Below are positions 1 through 8,394 of a stretch of 17,054 nt of DNA, in pieces; position 1 is the stretch's first letter; every line of letters starts with the position of its first letter. The stretch comes from an uncultured bacterium. GTDB taxonomy: Bacteria > Lernaellota > Lernaellaia > Lernaellales > Lernaellaceae. Below the pieces are notes generated by a model, which did no database searches, was not told where the DNA came from, and worked only from the letters and a program-made list of their open reading frames with translations. The translations under genes and the position numbers were made by a program. Where the stretch lies: assembly GCA_964534375.1 (NCBI GenBank), contig CAZHPN010000137.1, positions 1 through 17,054 on the forward strand. The letters run 5' to 3'.

Positions 1-2
1 CG

Positions 3-326
3 GCGCCATTTCCGAGTGCGAATGGCGTCAATTATCCAAATTGGTATTTGCGGCACGAATCGACGGGGAATTATGAAATCAGGCCGCCGTACTCGATTGC
101 GGCAAACGGCGCGGTAACGCAACACGTCGCCGGCGACTTCGCGCTGCCTTCGGTCCAGTTGACGGCCGTGGTCCCGGTCATGCTGGCGTTCTCCTTAATG
201 TGGGAAAACGACACGGCGGGAAATTGGTTTTTCCTGCTTTCCTTTTTCTTGCCGCCCATTCTCGGGAATCCGTGTATGCGCGTTGACTCCGAATTCTACT
301 TCTCAACCCTGCAACTGAAAGCGTAA
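3..326 (+). CDS. Partial CDS (C-terminal end of a gene starting before the window), function unknown; possibly a virion/tail protein
   Basis: The frame of ORF 48..326 is open back to position 3 (APFPSANGVNYPNWYLRHEST...). Its stop lies 4 nt before the glycosyltransferase ATG, consistent with an operon. Confidence 0.55.
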   Translation, partial: APFPSANGVNYPNWYLRHESTGNYEIRPPYSIAANGAVTQHVAGDFALPSVQLTAVVPVMLAFSLMWENDTAGNWFFLLSFFLPPILGNPCMRVDSEFYFSTLQLKA

Positions 327-330
327 CGCC

Positions 331-1413
331 ATGTTGAGACCTTTGGAAAAATCCCCCTGGGGCCGCAGACGGGCCGCGCCGGCGCCGGCGCCGCGCGCCG
401 CGCGTGAAAAGCCGGTTCTCGTGCATGTGATTCCCTTCGGCCTCGTCGAGCATGGCGTTCAATCGCTCGTGCAGGACATTTGCCGCTTCGAGGGCGGCAA
501 GTGGGAAATGCACGTCGTTCATCTTGGGCCGTGCAGAATCAAAATCGAAAATGCGGTCGTTCATTCGGGCGTCGATTACGGCCGCGCGCCGTCGCTGGTC
601 GCGTCCCTCGACCCGGACGCCGTGATCTACCATATCCCGCTGATGAACTACGGGCGCATCAATCCGGCCCTGTGCCCGATTTTCTTCTTCTTTCACATTC
701 CGGCGAACTTGCGCGCCCCCAAGCCGGATTGGTGCAAGCCCGCGGGGGTCTTTTCCAACTACATGCCGTCGCCGGGAAACCTCGGCCCCGGCTGGAAGCC
801 CGAAGAAATAACGGTCGTGCCGTTGGGCGTCGATCTGCACGCCTGCACGCCGGCCTCGAAACGCGAGCGCCTGGTCGCGGGCTACGTCGGCCGGCTGGTC
901 GAGGGCAAAATCCCGATGGCCTGGGTTGACGCGCTGCTCGCCTGGGGCAACCCCGGCCGGAAATGGCAGTTTGAATTTTACGGCGACGAAACCGGCGCGC
1001 ACGCCGACGAAGTAAAAGCGAAGCTGGCCGGTCTGAATTGGGTTTCATTCCACGGCATCGTGGCGCGCAACCTGTTGCCGGTCATCTATCGGTCTTTCGA
1101 TGTGCAGGCGATTCCCTCGAAGTCGGAAGCGGGCAGCTTGGTCGCCGTCGAGGCGATGGCGTCGGGCGTGCCTGTCCTGGCGCGGCGCATCGACGGCTTG
1201 CCGACCACCATCGAGCGCGGCGGCCTGTTTTTCGACACGGACGCCGAATTTTTCGCGCTGTTGGCGGAAATGGAAAACGCGGACTACCGCGCCGTCGTCG
1301 GCGAGGTCGCGCGCGAAATGGCGGAAACGCGCCCTCTCGCGGTGCAGGCGCAAAAATACAGTGACGCGATTTTCGCGGCCCTGAGCCGAGGCGACGGTTA
1401 TGCGGGCTATTGA
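331..1413 (+). CDS. Glycosyltransferase, GT-B fold, GT4 family
   Basis: C-terminal GT4 signature: GYVGRL..K, then 'IYRSFDVQAIPSKSEAGSLVAVEAMASGVPVLARRIDGL' containing the E-x7-E motif. Confidence 0.9.
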   Translation: MLRPLEKSPWGRRRAAPAPAPRAAREKPVLVHVIPFGLVEHGVQSLVQDICRFEGGKWEMHVVHLGPCRIKIENAVVHSGVDYGRAPSLVASLDPDAVIYHIPLMNYGRINPALCPIFFFFHIPANLRAPKPDWCKPAGVFSNYMPSPGNLGPGWKPEEITVVPLGVDLHACTPASKRERLVAGYVGRLVEGKIPMAWVDALLAWGNPGRKWQFEFYGDETGAHADEVKAKLAGLNWVSFHGIVARNLLPVIYRSFDVQAIPSKSEAGSLVAVEAMASGVPVLARRIDGLPTTIERGGLFFDTDAEFFALLAEMENADYRAVVGEVAREMAETRPLAVQAQKYSDAIFAALSRGDGYAGY

Positions 1414-2203
1414 GGCGGCGGGGCTGCTGGCGAAGGCCGGTGTCGCGTCGTCGCTGATTGGCGACCCTGACATGGAATTCGGGGAGTTTCGGCCGTTCTG
1501 GCAAGGCGTGGCCGGCTGTGCGGTGTTTCTGTGGCGCGCGAGCGCGAGCTATCCGGCGATGGACGGGCCGGCGAGCGTGCCGTCGCTGCTGATTACAACG
1601 TCGGCGCTGGCGGCGCAATTTGTCGGCAAAATCCCGGCCATTATCACGGTCGCGGCGCCGCGCGCGGCGTTTGCGGTGGTTCAAACGGCGCTGCTCGGCA
1701 TCGGGGCGGCGCAGATCAGCCCCCTCGCCGTCGTCGAGCATTGCCTCGTCGGGCGCGACGTTCAGATTGAGCCGTTCTGCCATGTCGGCGGCGATGGCCT
1801 CAGCGCGAACCGAACCGGGAACCGCCAACTGCACACGCCCCACGGCGGCATCGTGCGCCTGGGCGACCGTGTGCGGCTTGAATCCATGACGGTAATCGAG
1901 CGCGCGGTGATGGGCGAAACCGTCGTCGGCGATGATTGCCAATTTGGCAACGGCAACAACGTCGGGCATGGCTCAGTGATCGGCAAGCGTCTCGCGTGCG
2001 CCGCCCGCGTCATCATCTGCGGACATTGTGAAATCGGCGACGACGTGCGGCTCGGGGCCGGCGTCGTGTTGCGGGAGGGTACGCGCGTCGGCGACCGGGC
2101 GTTTGTCGGCATGGGCGCGGTCGTGGTTCGTGACGTGCCGGCCGATGTGGTCGTGGCGGGGAATCCGGCGAGGATTTTGAAAGGGTCGGTTGCACCGTGG
2201 TAA
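1400..2203 (+). CDS. Hexapeptide-repeat (left-handed beta-helix) acyltransferase, diverged LpxD-like
   Basis: [IVL]G-xx-xx hexapeptide repeats. 'TVIERAVMGETVVGDDCQFGNGNNVGH' resembles the LpxD IDRG...DN.VQIAH region with the His retained. Ends in 'GMGAVVVRDVP...VAGNPARILK'. Overlaps the GT stop by 14 nt. Confidence 0.85.
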   Translation: MRAIEAAGLLAKAGVASSLIGDPDMEFGEFRPFWQGVAGCAVFLWRASASYPAMDGPASVPSLLITTSALAAQFVGKIPAIITVAAPRAAFAVVQTALLGIGAAQISPLAVVEHCLVGRDVQIEPFCHVGGDGLSANRTGNRQLHTPHGGIVRLGDRVRLESMTVIERAVMGETVVGDDCQFGNGNNVGHGSVIGKRLACAARVIICGHCEIGDDVRLGAGVVLREGTRVGDRAFVGMGAVVVRDVPADVVVAGNPARILKGSVAPW

Positions 2204-2799
2204 ATCTTGACGTGGGTTGCTCGCGGCTGCTGGCGATCGGCGCGCACGCCGACGATGTGGAATATGGCATCGGCGGCTGGTTGCAACGCTTTTCGTCGGC
2301 GCGGGTCGTCGTTGTCACCGATGGTCGGCCGGCGCGCGTGCGCGAGACTGAGGCCGCGGCGCGGATCTTAAACTACCAGCCCGCGATTCTCGACTACGCC
2401 GAGAACGACGTGAACCTTTCGCGGCTGGTCGTCGCCCTCGATGCGATCCTCGCCGGCGAGCGGCCCGACCTGATTGCGGTTCATTGGCCGAACGACACGC
2501 ACCAGGACCATCGGGCGGCGGCGGCGGCGACCCTGGCCGCGGCGCGCAACTTCGACGGCGCGATTGTGTTCTACCGCAGCCCGTCGTCGGCCGATTTTGC
2601 CCCCAATTTCCTCGTGGCGCTGACCGACGACGAATGGCGCGACAAGCTCGCGGCAATCCGCGCGCACGCTTCGCAGATGAGCAAACCGTTTTTGAGCGAC
2701 AAGGCGCTGCGCGCCGTCGCCCTGTCCTGGCCGGTCCTGTGGCATCAAGACGCAAAACTGTGCGAACCGTTCGCCCTTCACCGTTTGATCGTGGGGTAA
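2197..2799 (+). CDS. PIG-L/LmbE-family N-acetylglucosaminyl deacetylase
   Basis: Metal-binding motifs 'AIGAHADDVE' (H-x-D-D) and 'DTHQDH' (H-x-D-H), plus 'R..E..AA..L' and 'K..AI.AHASQ'. GTG start overlaps the upstream stop. Confidence 0.9.
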   Translation: MVNLDVGCSRLLAIGAHADDVEYGIGGWLQRFSSARVVVVTDGRPARVRETEAAARILNYQPAILDYAENDVNLSRLVVALDAILAGERPDLIAVHWPNDTHQDHRAAAAATLAAARNFDGAIVFYRSPSSADFAPNFLVALTDDEWRDKLAAIRAHASQMSKPFLSDKALRAVALSWPVLWHQDAKLCEPFALHRLIVG

Positions 2800-2802
2800 A
2801 AA

Positions 2803-3051
2803 ATGGCGGCAATCGTCGAACAGGACGGTCGCGGGTTGCGCGACGACCGCAGCGTTTCAGTAACGGAGTGCGCGCTGACCAGGGCGGCGTGCGTGGCGAC
2901 AATTCAGGGCAAGCTCGCGGTCGGCGAGGAAAAATTCGCCGAAGTAATGCGGCAACTCGCGTTCAACACCAAACTGCTTTATTTCTTCGGGGCCGGAATG
3001 CTCGGCCTGATCTCTCTTGTCATCGGCCTCTACGCCAAATTGCCGAAATGA
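2803..3051 (+). CDS. Small membrane protein with one C-terminal TM helix (holin/XhlA-like topology, unconfirmed)
   Basis: 82 aa with hydrophobic 'LLYFFGAGMLGLISLVIGLYA' followed by a basic tail. Fills the operon gap exactly (3 nt and 6 nt spacing). Confidence 0.6.
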   Translation: MAAIVEQDGRGLRDDRSVSVTECALTRAACVATIQGKLAVGEEKFAEVMRQLAFNTKLLYFFGAGMLGLISLVIGLYAKLPK

Positions 3052-3057
3052 CCGGCC

Positions 3058-3768
3058 ATGAAAGACAAAAACGCCAGTATCAACTATGCCATTTTCAAAA
3101 ACACCGAGGCCGAAATTCAGGCTCTTGCCCGCGCGAATCCGGTTACGCTCGTGGCATTTTCGGGCGGCAAAGACAGCTTGGTTCTGCTCGACCTCTGCTC
3201 GAAGGCGTTTCAAAAAGTCGTGTGTTTTTTCATGTATCTCGTGCCAAACCTCGCCGTCGCCGAAAAGCAGCTTGACTATGCACGCGACCGCTACGGCGTC
3301 GAAATTCTGCAATATCCGCATTGGGCGACCATCAAAAGCCTGAAAAATGGGGTCTATTGCAACGTTCATCCCTCGTGGGATGCAGTCAAAGAACAGACCG
3401 TCAACGACGTGCATGAATGGGTCAAGGCCGACACGGGCATCCCGATCATCGCGCACGGCGCCAAGAAAAGCGACAGCCTTTGGCGGCGGCGCTACATGGC
3501 CGCGCGGAAAAACAAGAAAGACGGCGCTTACTACCCCCTGGCCGACTGGAACAAATACGAAGTGCTGGCGTACCTGGGGCTGAACAACATCCCGCTGCCG
3601 GAAACGTCGAGCGGCGGCAAAAAGGCGGCGTCGGGCCTGGGCCTGATGACCGAATGCCTTTTGTGGCTGCACGACGAACACCCCGAAGATTTTGCAAAGG
3701 TGCTGACTTGGTATCCCTACGCCGAGGCGGTGGTGTACCGGAGAGATTGGTATGGAATCAAATACTGA
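3058..3768 (+). CDS. PAPS-reductase-like PP-loop (adenine nucleotide alpha-hydrolase) protein, mobile-element type
   Basis: PP-loop 'VAFSGGKDS', 'HGAKKSDSLWRR' and 'YPLADWNKYEVLAY'. Lacks the CysH C-terminal ECGLH and the CC...CxxC cluster motif. Confidence 0.85.
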   Translation: MKDKNASINYAIFKNTEAEIQALARANPVTLVAFSGGKDSLVLLDLCSKAFQKVVCFFMYLVPNLAVAEKQLDYARDRYGVEILQYPHWATIKSLKNGVYCNVHPSWDAVKEQTVNDVHEWVKADTGIPIIAHGAKKSDSLWRRRYMAARKNKKDGAYYPLADWNKYEVLAYLGLNNIPLPETSSGGKKAASGLGLMTECLLWLHDEHPEDFAKVLTWYPYAEAVVYRRDWYGIKY

Positions 3769-4646
3769 ATTGGGCGCGGCCGACGAGCAGACCGGCGAAC
3801 AAGGCGGCGAGAAGTCGGGGCGTAAGGGGGCGCAGGGAAAGGCCGGGATGCGTCGCGGCGCCGCAAGCGGCCGAACGAAGGCGCGGCCACGGCGCGGCAA
3901 GGGGCCGAAGGTTACACCGGGCGGGCTAAACCCGTTCGAGAAGTTTGAAGTCGTCGAAATTCACCGAAGTTTGATTAAGAACGCGCCCTATAACCCGCGT
4001 CAGATCACCGACGACGCCCGCGAGCGGTTGGGAAACAATATCGAAAAAGTGGGCCTGTTGACGCCGCTCGTTTGGAATGCGGAAACGGGCAACCTCGTTT
4101 TGGGGTCATCAGCGCCTTGAACGCCTCGACGCCAAGACCGGCACGCAGGATTACACCCTGCACGTCGCGCGGGTCCATCTCGATCCCGCGACCGAAAAAG
4201 CGCAGAACATTTTTTTCAACAATGCCAACGCGCAGGGCTATTTCGACATGGCCGCGCTCGAAACGATGTTCAAAGAGGAAAAAATCGACTTCGAGGCCGC
4301 GGGCTTCGACCTGGGGGAAGTCTATAAAGAGTTCGGCGAATCGCCGCTCGTGGAACAACCCGAACAGATGCTTGAGTTGTCGAAGCGAATCCGCGAGGCC
4401 GACGACCGCCAGAAACTAATCCGCGAAACCGTGAAAACGCGCGACGATGCCGATTTTTACCTCGTCGTCGTTTTCCCCGGCCACGATGAGCGCGAAAAGT
4501 TCACCGACGCGCTCGACCTCGACGACAACCGCTATATCGACGGCAAGAGTCTGCTCGCCAAATTGCTTGCGGCCCAGGCCGCGGCCGGCGCGATCTCGAC
4601 CACGACGGCGACCGCGACCGCGGCGGCGGCGGAAATGACAGTTTAG
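3752..4646 (+). pseudogene. ParB/Srx N-terminal-domain protein split by a single-base frameshift (sequencing error or true lesion)
   Basis: The first frame gives 'IKNAPYNPRQI...L..NIEKVGLLTPLVWNAETGNLV' and the +1 frame continues 'GHQRL...'. Deleting one base from TTTTGGGG (4098-4105) restores the ParB motif GNLVxGHQRL and a single ~297-aa ORF. Confidence 0.85.
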
Positions 4647-4706
4647 CAAGGCAGCGCCCCGGCCTTCGACGGGGGCGGCAAACGTTTGCGAAAGGATGAT
4701 GGAAAC

Positions 4707-4856
4707 ATGGCGAAACGCGGAACCGGCAAGCTCAAGGTCAGCGCCGCCGAAGCGAAATTCTTGGGCGGCGGCAAAGGCAAAAAGGGCGGCAAGGGCAAGA
4801 AACTCAGCGGCGCGATCAGCCCCGGCGCTCGCAACAGCCTCGGCGGCTGGTACTAA
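4707..4856 (+). CDS. Unannotated 49-aa Lys/Gly-rich basic peptide (MAKRGTGKLKVSAAEAKFLGGGKGKKGGKGKKLSGAISPGARNSLGGWY)
   Basis: Read manually because it is below the ORF-track cutoff. AAGGA RBS at 4692-4696, codons ending mostly in G/C like the rest of the operon, and stop codon immediately followed by hairpins and the terminator. Confidence 0.75.
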   Translation: MAKRGTGKLKVSAAEAKFLGGGKGKKGGKGKKLSGAISPGARNSLGGWY

Positions 4857-4891
4857 CCAGCACGGCCGTCTCACGACGGCCGGTTAAACGA

Positions 4892-4931
4892 AAAAGCCCC
4901 GGCGCGGCCGTAAGGCTGCGCCGGGGCTTTT
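4892..4931 (+). terminator. Intrinsic terminator, probably bidirectional, preceded by a second 8-bp hairpin at 4863-4882
   Basis: AAAAGCCCCGGCGCGGCC-GTAA-GGCTGCGCCGGGGCTTTT forms a long stem with a GNRA loop and A/T tracts on both sides. The upstream hairpin is CGGCCGTC-TCAC-GACGGCCG. Confidence 0.9.
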
Positions 4932-4958
4932 GCATTTGATTTCCGTTTATCTTACAAT
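4930..4958 (+). promoter_or_regulatory. Putative sigma70 promoter for the TM-HerA gene
   Basis: TTGCAT (4930-4935)-N17-TACAAT (4953-4958), about 75 nt upstream of ATG 5035. The -35 box overlaps the terminator T-tract. Confidence 0.6.
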
Positions 4959-5034
4959 CGCAACCTAGACGCGCTCTACACCTTGGATTTTTCAACAAAC
5001 AGGCTCAACAAGGCGAAGGGCAAAGGTCATCGAA

Positions 5035-7233
5035 ATGGACACCACGGCAACAACATTAAAACAGCGAACCCGTTTGCTGATCCTCATTCTTTATGTGGTC
5101 GGCTTGCTCATCACATCACGCCTCGCATTAGGTGCTTGGCTGCCACCAAGGTCGGAAAAAGGCGTTTGGTTCTATTCCGCATTGGCAGCTCTACTTCTCG
5201 GCAATCTCCTTGTAACGCCGTACTTCCGAAAGCCCACTAACTCGATTTCATACTCCGTTGCGGCTGCAATCGCGCTTCTAGCAGTGAATCCATGGGGCCG
5301 AACCAACTATATTGGATTTGACTGCTTTCTCTGGTCTTCGGCTATGGGGTATACGGGCGTCGTCTTTCTCGCCGGCATTTTCACGATAGCGCTAAAGGAT
5401 TCTCAACGTGTAATATGGCAAAAATTTGACAAGTCGTGTTTTCTCGTGAGTGACACACTTGGCAATCCACGGGCAATTTTTTCCGTGATTTTCCTCTTTG
5501 CCCTTGTCACATTCCACCGGAGTTCACCGCGCGAATATATTATCATCGGGTTTGCCTGGGCCGTGTTCGTTGGGCTACGCCCTCTCGAATCCATCGCTGG
5601 CCTTTTCCGCAGATTCAGCGCGGTATGGTCAACCGAGGAGGCCACGGCTCGCCTTGGCACCGTCGTTGGCCATGAAACTCCTGGGCTGGTCCTTATTCGG
5701 GAAGAGACTTCCTCAGCGGTGTCTTTTGGCGATCTCCTTTATGTCCGAAACGAGAGCGGCAAGCCGGGAATCGCTGTTGCCCTAGATCACGTCGGCTTTA
5801 CTGATGGTCGCTGGCTACGAGCGCAGCATCTATGCTCCGAAACCGAATCAGATCAATCTGCGCGAGGCCCATCTCTGGTTCGGGACGTTGCCGAAGGCAG
5901 CGTTTTTTTTGCCGACAAACGAAAGGTCTCCGCAGACACAAACTCGGCTGTGGACGATATTTGTAAGCGCCTCCTTGGGCTGGTTGCTCCGGATACGGCA
6001 GTCGGGACGCTACAAGTCGAGGTTGTCAGGGCCGATTTAGATTTGCAGTTGGGGAGCCTTATCCAAGTCAACATTGGCTCACGCACCGTTTTATACCAAA
6101 CCATCGAAGGGATCACCAAGGAGGAAATTCTCCATCAAAAGAACACACGAGGTTTCGTTCGAGCGGTGGCAAAAAAGATTGGATGCTGGAACAGCGCCAA
6201 CACAACATTCGAGAGTGTTCCGTGGCTGCCGCAGCCTAATGCGCCAGTTTTTCTGGCACCTCAGCAAACACCAACACCGAAAAGGGAAGCCATCGGCCAC
6301 TTTCCACAAACGGATTACACAGTAAGAATCGACCCGCAATTTCTGGTTACGCACAACGCCGCAATTCTTGGCATCCTTGGTGTAGGAAAGACATTCCTTG
6401 CGCTAGAACTGGTTGAGCGTATGGTTGATGCAGGGATAAAGGTGATCTGCTTGGACCTGACCGATCAATACTCGCAGCAGCTTGCTGCCTTCTATAAAAG
6501 CGATGCGGAAAGCGCGTTTATGACCGAATTGAATGGCATCGGACTGTCAGGTAAGACCAATTGTAACAAAAACGTTGAAGAAGGCGGCAGCGTGCGGCCG
6601 TTCGAGGCGAAGCTCAAAGAACATCTTACCGCGTTTCTTGGACCGGCGGGCACCGACAAACTATTAATATTCAACCCCGCTCGGTTTGAGGTGTGGCGAC
6701 AGGATAGCAAGCCGTTCCAAAACGTGGCGTCGATGGCGACACTGACGCCTACGGAAATAACACGTGTCATAACCGAAGTTGCGCTTGGCGTACTGCAAGC
6801 TCAGGGAATGACAGATCGAGCGAGGTGTTGCCTCGTCTATGAGGAGGCACATTCTCTGATCCCGGAATGGAATGCTGTCGCCGCCGAGGGTGACAAGGCC
6901 GCGACCAACGGTACTGCCAAAGCTATTCTACAAGGTCGGAAATTCGGACTTGGATGTTTGGTCATTACTCAGCGCACCGCAAATGTGACAAAAAGCATTC
7001 TTAACCAGTGCAACACAATATTTGCACTCCGCGTTTTCGACGCTACAGGGATGGAGTTTCTTAAGAATTACATAGGGAACGATTACGCCGGCGTCTTGTC
7101 GTCCCTAATGGATCGGCACGCAGTTATCTTTGGACGTGCATCATCTTGCAAAGACCCGGTACTGCTCCGCCTGAATGACCGTGACGAATTCTTGAAGATA
7201 TTTCGCAAACAGATCAGCGTCGAATCCGTGTAA
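5035..7233 (+). CDS. HerA/FtsK-superfamily (DUF87) ATPase with N-terminal multi-pass membrane region and probable HAS barrel
   Basis: About 6 hydrophobic segments in aa 10-185. Walker A 'HNAAILGILGVGKT', Walker B 'LVYEEAHSLIP', and the HerA motif 'ILQGRKFGLGCLVITQRTANVTKSILNQCNT'. 'P.PNAPVF' closes the HAS-like region. Visibly lower GC than the flanks. Confidence 0.9.
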   Translation: MDTTATTLKQRTRLLILILYVVGLLITSRLALGAWLPPRSEKGVWFYSALAALLLGNLLVTPYFRKPTNSISYSVAAAIALLAVNPWGRTNYIGFDCFLWSSAMGYTGVVFLAGIFTIALKDSQRVIWQKFDKSCFLVSDTLGNPRAIFSVIFLFALVTFHRSSPREYIIIGFAWAVFVGLRPLESIAGLFRRFSAVWSTEEATARLGTVVGHETPGLVLIREETSSAVSFGDLLYVRNESGKPGIAVALDHVGFTDGRWLRAQHLCSETESDQSARGPSLVRDVAEGSVFFADKRKVSADTNSAVDDICKRLLGLVAPDTAVGTLQVEVVRADLDLQLGSLIQVNIGSRTVLYQTIEGITKEEILHQKNTRGFVRAVAKKIGCWNSANTTFESVPWLPQPNAPVFLAPQQTPTPKREAIGHFPQTDYTVRIDPQFLVTHNAAILGILGVGKTFLALELVERMVDAGIKVICLDLTDQYSQQLAAFYKSDAESAFMTELNGIGLSGKTNCNKNVEEGGSVRPFEAKLKEHLTAFLGPAGTDKLLIFNPARFEVWRQDSKPFQNVASMATLTPTEITRVITEVALGVLQAQGMTDRARCCLVYEEAHSLIPEWNAVAAEGDKAATNGTAKAILQGRKFGLGCLVITQRTANVTKSILNQCNTIFALRVFDATGMEFLKNYIGNDYAGVLSSLMDRHAVIFGRASSCKDPVLLRLNDRDEFLKIFRKQISVESV

Positions 7234-7276
7234 AAACCGCCCGCGCCGCCCAAGAGGCGGAAGGGAAGCGCGGGCG
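7231..7276 (-). terminator. Possible terminator for leftward transcription (bulged hairpin)
   Basis: CGCCCGCGC/GCGCGGGCG outer stem with a CCGCC/GGCGG inner stem, followed on the minus strand by GTTTTTA. Confidence 0.35.
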
Positions 7277-7412
7277 AGCCGTCAATTTCGCAGCTTGCCG
7301 GAATGGCGAACGCGGAATAAAACGAGCCGGGTCGCAGCATGTTTAGAACCTCACTTGCAAGGGACGCTCTGCCGCAATAACGCCGAGTTGTTGTCCGAGT
7401 CCCTAAAGAAGA

Positions 7413-7441
7413 TTGCAACGGAATCTTTTGCGGCGTATAAG
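7413..7441 (+). promoter_or_regulatory. Putative sigma70 promoter for the AbiGi-family gene
   Basis: TTGCAA (7413-7418)-N17-TATAAG (7436-7441), with a GGAG RBS just before GTG 7504. Confidence 0.5.
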
Positions 7442-7503
7442 AAGTACGCCAAATGACGGAAACGGGGCAGCCGACGACTTAGCACGGAAACGGAGTCATC
7501 AAA

Positions 7504-8271
7504 GTGCAAAGATATGTGGCCAACGAGTTAATTCATTTTGTCGGCCGAGGAAAGCCTTCCGAGGTCGAACGGTACGAATTGCTGAAACATATATTAAATA
7601 CGGGCCAGCTAATATATCCGACATATGATCCAAACAATGAAAAGGTAACGATGAGGCTAAATCCTAATAAGCCTTACAAGGACCGGCTGGACGTGGATGG
7701 CATAAGCTTTTGTGACATTCCGATTAATGATCTCAACATTCACATGCAAAAATACGGGAGATTTGGCATTTCTTTTCGCAAAAGGTTTTTGCTTGAAAAA
7801 GGCGCAAATCCGGTATTCTACTATGCCGTTGATAAACTGGAATGCGGAGCGGGGCTGCGTTTCGGTAAATCTGGCATCTTTTTTACTGATATTATGGCGA
7901 TTGGACTGGAAATATTCAAGCATTATCGAGATGACACGACAACGTTTGACGCGCCAGAACACGATCTGCAAGGCACTAAAATTGGGAAGCACACTGGAAT
8001 GACATTTGAACAATGGTACGGTAATTTGATTTCGGAATTATTTGCTTTCATAAAACCTTTTATGGGCGATCTTGATGAAGGCGACGAGGAACAGTTTTAT
8101 ATGGAACGTGAGTGGAAAATCACCTATAGGGTTGTATTTTCTATGGCGGATGTATATAGAGTTATTTTACCGCAGGAATACGCCGAGAAATTCAACACTG
8201 ATTTCAGGGAAAAATATCTAGGCCAAATAACTTTCGCCGATGATTTGGGCGGCGGAAAAAGTCAACGGTGA
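7504..8271 (+). CDS. AbiGi-family protein (putative abortive infection, ADP-ribosyltransferase-like motifs)
   Basis: 'LIHFVG', 'IL.TG.L', 'ISFCDIP...L..HMQKYGRFGISF.K..L...GANPVFY' and 'FYMEREWK' match the AbiGi family pattern as I recall it. Markedly AT-rich relative to the flanks. Confidence 0.8.
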   Translation: MQRYVANELIHFVGRGKPSEVERYELLKHILNTGQLIYPTYDPNNEKVTMRLNPNKPYKDRLDVDGISFCDIPINDLNIHMQKYGRFGISFRKRFLLEKGANPVFYYAVDKLECGAGLRFGKSGIFFTDIMAIGLEIFKHYRDDTTTFDAPEHDLQGTKIGKHTGMTFEQWYGNLISELFAFIKPFMGDLDEGDEEQFYMEREWKITYRVVFSMADVYRVILPQEYAEKFNTDFREKYLGQITFADDLGGGKSQR

Positions 8272-8394
8272 ATTTTGGAAAGCCTGTCGCCGACGTAAAA
8301 AGCCTCCGAAAACATCGTGCCGATTCGCCAGCGGCAACCTAGCTGATGGCTACTTGACCAATCGCGCGAGGGCGGCGCGCGAAAGGCGCAGCAA

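Noticed and set aside
1400..2203. Housekeeping lpxD
   Set aside because: Shorter and diverged, and not in the bamA-skp-lpxD-fabZ-lpxA context.
3058..3768. True CysH sulfate-assimilation enzyme or DndC phosphorothioation gene
   Set aside because: No ECGLH tail or Fe-S cysteine motif, and no other cys or dnd genes nearby.
4098..4105. Programmed ribosomal frameshift
   Set aside because: It would need a +1 shift in the middle of a catalytic motif, it is not a canonical slippery heptamer, and the unshifted product would be a broken domain.
4696..4887. 63-aa ORF MMETWRNAEP...
   Set aside because: Alternative frame over the 49-aa peptide. It has no properly spaced RBS and runs through the downstream hairpin.
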